Shown here piece by piece: positions 59,459-64,000 of a stretch of 64,000 nucleotides of DNA. Made by a program: the position numbers and the translations under genes. Origin of the DNA: Armatimonadota bacterium (GTDB taxonomy: Bacteria; Armatimonadota; HRBIN16); NCBI GenBank assembly GCA_963677485.1, contig OY781964.1, positions 4,576,001 through 4,640,000 on the forward strand, in the 5' to 3' direction. The stretch's first letter is position 1; the number at the start of each line of letters is the position of its first letter. The notes beneath the pieces were generated by a model, which was not told where the DNA came from, searched no databases, and was given only the letters and a program-made list of their open reading frames with translations.

Positions 59459-60496
59459 ATGAATCGAAACCTGTTATTAGCTCTCGCAGCCGTGATGGCA
59501 GCGGGTATACTGGCAACCGGATGTGCGAAACCATCGGGCGAACCCGCAGGCAAGACCGAAATCGGCAAGCCTGGTAAAAAAATCACCATCTGCATGCTGC
59601 CTAAGAAAAAAGGAATCCCTTACTTCAGCAGTTGCGCGAATGGTGCCAAGAAGGCTGCAGAAGAACTTGGTAACGTAGAGTTCATCTATGATGGCCCCAC
59701 CGACGGTTCACCCGAAAAAGCCGCCGCCATGATCGAAAAATGGGTGCTGAAGCGTGTGGATGTGATCTGCGTGAGCCCCAATGACCCGGATGTGCTTGCC
59801 CCCGCCATGAAGGCTGCAAGAGAGAAGGGCGTCAAGGTCATCACATTTGACTCAGATGGGAAGCCTGACAGCCGTGAACTGTTTGTCAATCAAGCCACAG
59901 CAGAGCAGATCGGTAATGCGCTGGTCGATACGCTGATAGATGACATCGGCGGTAAAAATGCAACCGGTCAAGTGGCGATCGTCACCGCAACCCTGACGGC
60001 TGCGAACCAGAACATCTGGATGAACTACATGAAGACCCGTATCAAGAACAACTACCCGAAGATCGACCTGGTGGCTGTCAAACCCAGTAATGAAGACCAA
60101 AAGCTGGCCTTCCAGGTTTCCCAAGACCTGCTCAAAGCCTATCCTGACCTAAAGGGTATCTGGGGTATCAGCTCTGTGTCTTTCCCCGGTGCTGCTGAGG
60201 CGATCAAGCAGGCTGGTAAGTCGGGCAAGGTTCAGGTCACCGGTCTGGCGACTCCTAATGACATGAAGACATATGTCAAAGAGGGCACCGTGCGCAGCGT
60301 GGTTCTGTGGAACACCGAAGACCTTGGCGGACTGACAGTGAAGGCTGCTTACGCGCTGGCAACCGGCAAATGGGATCCCAAGGCCAAAGAGTTTGATGCT
60401 GGCACGCTGGGCAAGAAGAAGATCGTTGGCGACAACCTGCTTCTTGGCGACATCCTCGTGTTCCGTAAAGACAACATCGACAAATACAACTTCTAG
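59459..60496 (+). CDS. Rhamnose/AI-2-type ABC substrate-binding lipoprotein (RhaS/LsrB-like)
   Basis: Lipobox ATGC; PK..GIPYF, SPNDPD, NQNIW, TGLATP, LWN. Confidence 0.9.
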   Translation: MNRNLLLALAAVMAAGILATGCAKPSGEPAGKTEIGKPGKKITICMLPKKKGIPYFSSCANGAKKAAEELGNVEFIYDGPTDGSPEKAAAMIEKWVLKRVDVICVSPNDPDVLAPAMKAAREKGVKVITFDSDGKPDSRELFVNQATAEQIGNALVDTLIDDIGGKNATGQVAIVTATLTAANQNIWMNYMKTRIKNNYPKIDLVAVKPSNEDQKLAFQVSQDLLKAYPDLKGIWGISSVSFPGAAEAIKQAGKSGKVQVTGLATPNDMKTYVKEGTVRSVVLWNTEDLGGLTVKAAYALATGKWDPKAKEFDAGTLGKKKIVGDNLLLGDILVFRKDNIDKYNF

Positions 60497-60508
60497 TTGG
60501 TATTCAGT

Positions 60509-60552
60509 ACCGCCTCCACGCAGCATCGTTGTGTGGAGGCGGTTGTTGTTTT
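60509..60552 (+). terminator. Intrinsic terminator after ABC operon 2
   Basis: ACCGCCTCCACGCAGC / GTTGTGTGGAGGCGGT then tgttgtttt. Confidence 0.8.
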
Positions 60553-60641
60553 ACCCTCCCCTGCGTTAATGATATTTCAACTCACAACTGCCATACTGTA
60601 ACTGTAAAACACGGCAACGAATATAGTTGGAGGCTTTAGGC

Positions 60642-61334
60642 ATGACCAAATCACATCTAACCATTGCGGCATCCCTCTGCACTCTATTTATGACGGCCTC
60701 AGCCATGGCGCTGACACTCAAGGATGTCAAACCGGATTACTGGAAGGCAGTGGCCAGTATACCTGCGCCTCAAGGCAGCTCACCACTGAAGAGTTTTGCT
60801 TACACCCAGATGTGCCAGGATACCCAAGCCTTATTCAACCAGTGGCTTGGTGTGACCAAAACGGAACTCAGCAAACGAAAGCCGCGGTTCCCATTCGATC
60901 TGTCAGTCACCACCACATATGGCGTATGCAATGACCGGCTGGTGAGTGGACTGCGTGTGATGACCTCCGAGTTCGGTGGAGCGCATCCTACCGCCGCGCT
61001 TAAGGCCTATAGCTTCGGCCTGGTAAAGGGACAACCCAAACGGCTCATCTTGCGCGACTTACTGTCCATTGGTGTCACTCCCGATACCGTGGTGACGGAA
61101 TTAGTGCTGCCGGCGTTAAACCTAATGAAGGCGATACGCGGTGGCGAAGCAGCGCAGGAACTGACGGCCAGCCAAATCAACAGCATACTGGTGACTAAGA
61201 GTGGAATCACCTGGGTGTTTGGTCCCTATGAAGTAGGTCCTTGGGTAGAAGGCGACTATCAAGTCAAGATCCCATGGAGCAGGCTGAAGGGGTATCTGAA
61301 CCCCACAGGGCCCGTGGGGTCCTTGTTGAAATAG
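60642..61334 (+). CDS. Secreted RsiV/DUF3298 family protein
   Basis: Signal peptide, GGAHP, L.LRDL, FGPYEVGPWVEG..V.IPW. Confidence 0.8.
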   Translation: MTKSHLTIAASLCTLFMTASAMALTLKDVKPDYWKAVASIPAPQGSSPLKSFAYTQMCQDTQALFNQWLGVTKTELSKRKPRFPFDLSVTTTYGVCNDRLVSGLRVMTSEFGGAHPTAALKAYSFGLVKGQPKRLILRDLLSIGVTPDTVVTELVLPALNLMKAIRGGEAAQELTASQINSILVTKSGITWVFGPYEVGPWVEGDYQVKIPWSRLKGYLNPTGPVGSLLK

Positions 61335-61346
61335 CAGCTTGGCTGC

Positions 61347-61395
61347 CAGACCCACAGATCACACCAACATTTTGTGTGTGTGATCTGTGGGTCTG
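61347..61395. terminator. 18-bp perfect inverted repeat between convergent genes
   Basis: CAGACCCACAGATCACAC ... GTGTGATCTGTGGGTCTG. Confidence 0.65.
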
Positions 61396-61402
61396 AAGAT
61401 AT

Positions 61403-62617
61403 CTATTTCATCTTCTTCAGTTCGTTGTAGAGCTTGTCAATCTCGGCAGAGGTGATGGTGCGGCGCATCACACGGATTTTGTCGTAGCGATAGTTGTATT
61501 CGGGCGATGCACCATCGGCAGCTCCACCGATCTGGGTGGCGTAATAGAGGTAGATGGTGTAGTTCTTGCCCACTTTTTCCACATATGCTTCGGGTACGTG
61601 GACGGCGGGTGCTTCTGGTTCAGAGTTGATATGCCCCAGCACTTTCCACTTCAGACCATCGATGGAGACCGCCTCGGTGAACTTGCGGCCACGCCAGGGG
61701 TCTTGGATACCTTCCACACTTGGATCACCATAAGCAAAAAGCAGTTTGCCTACGCGTACCATATCAGGGTTCGGGAACCATATCAGTGCCGGATTCTCGT
61801 CGGCCGCGATGAGCTTCCATTGTTTTGGGTCGGTGAACTCACCTTTGCATTCAGCATAGCCCATCGAGATGCCTTTCGTGTAGAAATAGTCGAACCAAAG
61901 CCGGAACTTGCCGTTTTCAAACATGATTGACGGGCGTGCATACATCCCCATCAGGCAGGCTTCGCCCAGCGGATCAACGCCTAGAGCGCCATATTCCTTC
62001 GCGTAGGTCATCAGAGGTGCATCCATCTGCTTCCAATTCACGCCGTCCGCGCTGACCGCACCCGCCACACAGCAGTAAGCACCATCAATGTCCTTGTCGG
62101 CATCAGCCGGATTGCTGAACTTGTAATAACCGTCTTTGTCGTATCCGGTCGAGGTGTAGACCATGTAGTATTTGCCTTTTGCGAAAACCACGCTGGGATC
62201 ACCGTTATGCCAGCTATCCCAGAAGAGGTTTCGAGCATAGACACATGGTCGCCACAATGAGGCCGTCATGCTGCCATCCCACACATTGTCGTGGCTCCAT
62301 ATCTCCCATGGGCCATCTGGCGTTTTCGCGCGCGCAGCGAAGATGGCGTCGCCGCCAGTGTAACCAGGGATGCTGCGGTTGAGATCGGCTGTCGCCCAGC
62401 CGAAGAACCAGCCGCGATATGGGTAGGATTTGTCTTTGACCTTGATCACATGCAGGTTGTACATGTTGTTGAAGTTGGTGATCAGTGTCTTGCCGTTGCG
62501 CTGCCACTGCGCAGTGATATCGCGGTTGAAGTCTTCGGGGTGGGGCATTTGGGCTATTGACACACAGCAGAGTGCTAACATCAATGCAGTCGCTACGAAG
62601 GTGGTTTTGGTGCGCAT
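61403..62617 (-). CDS. Secreted five-bladed beta-propeller glycosidase-like protein (GH43/32/130 clan-like)
   Basis: GDPSVV, S.DGVNW, RPSI, SIDGLKW Asp-box-like repeats; signal peptide. Confidence 0.7.
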   Translation of the reverse strand: MRTKTTFVATALMLALCCVSIAQMPHPEDFNRDITAQWQRNGKTLITNFNNMYNLHVIKVKDKSYPYRGWFFGWATADLNRSIPGYTGGDAIFAARAKTPDGPWEIWSHDNVWDGSMTASLWRPCVYARNLFWDSWHNGDPSVVFAKGKYYMVYTSTGYDKDGYYKFSNPADADKDIDGAYCCVAGAVSADGVNWKQMDAPLMTYAKEYGALGVDPLGEACLMGMYARPSIMFENGKFRLWFDYFYTKGISMGYAECKGEFTDPKQWKLIAADENPALIWFPNPDMVRVGKLLFAYGDPSVEGIQDPWRGRKFTEAVSIDGLKWKVLGHINSEPEAPAVHVPEAYVEKVGKNYTIYLYYATQIGGAADGASPEYNYRYDKIRVMRRTITSAEIDKLYNELKKMK

Positions 62618-62677
62618 AGGTTTCTCCAGTGGATGGTTGTTACTCAGATTGTATAACTATTCGGAAAGAACTTCTAC

Positions 62678-62705
62678 AAAGGAATATCGAAAACCGCTGT
62701 GGCAT
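62678..62705 (+). promoter_or_regulatory. SigH-like promoter motif (weak -10)
   Basis: AAAGGAATA...GTGGCAT (AGGA-N18-GCAT). Confidence 0.3.
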
Positions 62706-62768
62706 GAGCATTCCAGCCAAAAAGACAGTATCATCACGGTAATGAACATTTCATTTCGAGGTGAATCC

Positions 62769-64000
62769 ATGACTCGTAGTTGTCAGTTCTCAGTGATTGC
62801 TGTGGCGGTGCTGTCTACCTGCTTGGCTCAGGCCGCACCGTTGAGCGTACGTGTGGAAAGTCGATCGGGTGCCCCACGGATTTTGGTCAATAACAAACCG
62901 GTACGCGCTCGCATATTCTACGGCCAACCACAAGCGGGCTTACTACCCATCAAGGCGAAAGCACAGATGGTTGAATACGAGTTTGTGGCCAGTCAGACCG
63001 CGAGTGAGATCGCCACGATGCATCTTCGGTATGGACACCTGGCTGGAGAGTTGTATGTGGACAACATCCATGTCGTTGATACGGGCACGGGGGCAGATGC
63101 TTTTCCTGAGTGCACCTTTGAGGGTGGGCTCACCTCATTTACCAACTCATGGGGGGTGTGGCCTCAAGCCGAGAACAACACGGTGGGTCAAATTAGCGTT
63201 GAGCCTGGCGTGGGGCAGAACGGATCGGCTGGGCTGCACATCAAGATCAACAACCCGCCGAATAACAACTGGCCTGATTTTCACATGTATTATACCGGGA
63301 AGATGAGCATTATTGAGGGTCACAGTTACAAAGTCTCCTTCTGGGTAAACTCGACTACAGAGCGTGATATTACAAACACGTTTTATCGGCCAGGCGACTC
63401 ATACACGATGCTCGGAGGGCCTCCTGGGCACTTCGAATCACAAGTCAAACTGGCGGCTTCAGCCGGAGTGGACTTTGTGAGCACAGCCATACCGTTGCCT
63501 TGGCCGAAACACGGTCAACCGGAGGACTGGCTCAGCGTAGAATCTGTGCTGAACAATGCCATCAAGGCTAACCCCAAAGTCTTGTTGATTCCGAGGATCG
63601 GTGTCACAGCACCAAACTGGTGGTTTGAGGAACATCCTGACGAGCAGATGAAGTGGGAGAGCGGCAGCCATCCTCTGACGGCCTCACCAGTGTCTGACCT
63701 GTTCAAACGAGAAGCGTCTGTCAGACTTCAAAAGCTCATAGAGCATCTAGAAACCTCTATGGGGCAGCACATCGCGGGATACCATTTGAACGGCCAAAAC
63801 ACCGGTGAATGGTTCTATATGGATAGCTGGGAGCGGCCTCTGAACGGCTATTCCGAATGCGACAAGCTGTCGTTCCGTCAGTGGTTAACAACAAAATACA
63901 AGACCGATGCAGCACTGCGAAAGGCCTGGAATCAAACCGACGCCAGTTTGATGTCCGTTGAAGTTCCCAGTGCGGCCGCGCGTCACAGCAGCCCGGGCGG
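62769..64000 (+). CDS. Secreted beta-galactosidase-like (GH42-like) protein with an inserted CBM4/9-like domain; runs off the window end, not in the ORF track
   Basis: Read manually: MTRSCQFSVIAVAVLSTCLAQAAPLSVRV..GAPRILVN, IPRIG..APNWW..HPDE, GYHLNGQNTGEWFY, FRQWL..KY....L.KAW; GAGG RBS. Confidence 0.8.
   Translation, partial: MTRSCQFSVIAVAVLSTCLAQAAPLSVRVESRSGAPRILVNNKPVRARIFYGQPQAGLLPIKAKAQMVEYEFVASQTASEIATMHLRYGHLAGELYVDNIHVVDTGTGADAFPECTFEGGLTSFTNSWGVWPQAENNTVGQISVEPGVGQNGSAGLHIKINNPPNNNWPDFHMYYTGKMSIIEGHSYKVSFWVNSTTERDITNTFYRPGDSYTMLGGPPGHFESQVKLAASAGVDFVSTAIPLPWPKHGQPEDWLSVESVLNNAIKANPKVLLIPRIGVTAPNWWFEEHPDEQMKWESGSHPLTASPVSDLFKREASVRLQKLIEHLETSMGQHIAGYHLNGQNTGEWFYMDSWERPLNGYSECDKLSFRQWLTTKYKTDAALRKAWNQTDASLMSVEVPSAAARHSSPG

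Noticed and set aside
55938-60496. Definite AI-2 (Lsr) quorum-sensing locus
   Set aside because: No lsrK, lsrR, lsrF or lsrG nearby, and the SBP motifs (SPNDPD, NQNIW) look at least as close to RhaS; the substrate is left unassigned
62851-63306. 151-aa ORF in the track
   Set aside because: It is an alternate frame inside the real CDS that starts at 62769 and runs off the window end

Overview
Gene-dense bacterial chromosomal window with no rRNA, tRNA, CRISPR array, transposase or phage gene that I could recognise. The organism is a diderm (LptF/G, Skp/OmpH, exosortase) with Firmicutes-like ribBA and pdxS. The gene style suggests Armatimonadota, which is an inference. The left half (~3-31 kb) is mostly housekeeping and envelope genes: ribBA-ribH-accB-hom-lptF/G, glnD, PduO-type adenosyltransferase, dprA, birA, a GT-C/exosortase/EpsI/GT4 locus, pdxS, rlmN, skp, nadC, mgtC, era and topA. 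The right half (~31-64 kb) is a glycan-foraging region with sulfatases, SASA esterases, GH-A and beta-propeller hydrolases and two sugar ABC transporters. The most notable items are: (i) a tandem array of four uncharacterised paralogues with different export signals and two variable segments (42.5-47.9 kb); (ii) an unlisted 38-aa, very basic ORF with its own promoter, RBS and terminator (26212-26328), a candidate lineage-specific ribosomal or RNA-binding protein; (iii) a PMI-like cupin and a URO-D/MtaA-like enzyme between two sugar ABC operons; (iv) a recurring SigH-like promoter motif (AGG[A/G/T]-N18-GAAW-like) at six gene starts; (v) two families of palindromic extragenic repeats; and (vi) a catalytically dead esterase paralogue. 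All calls come from motif recognition by eye. No database searches were run.
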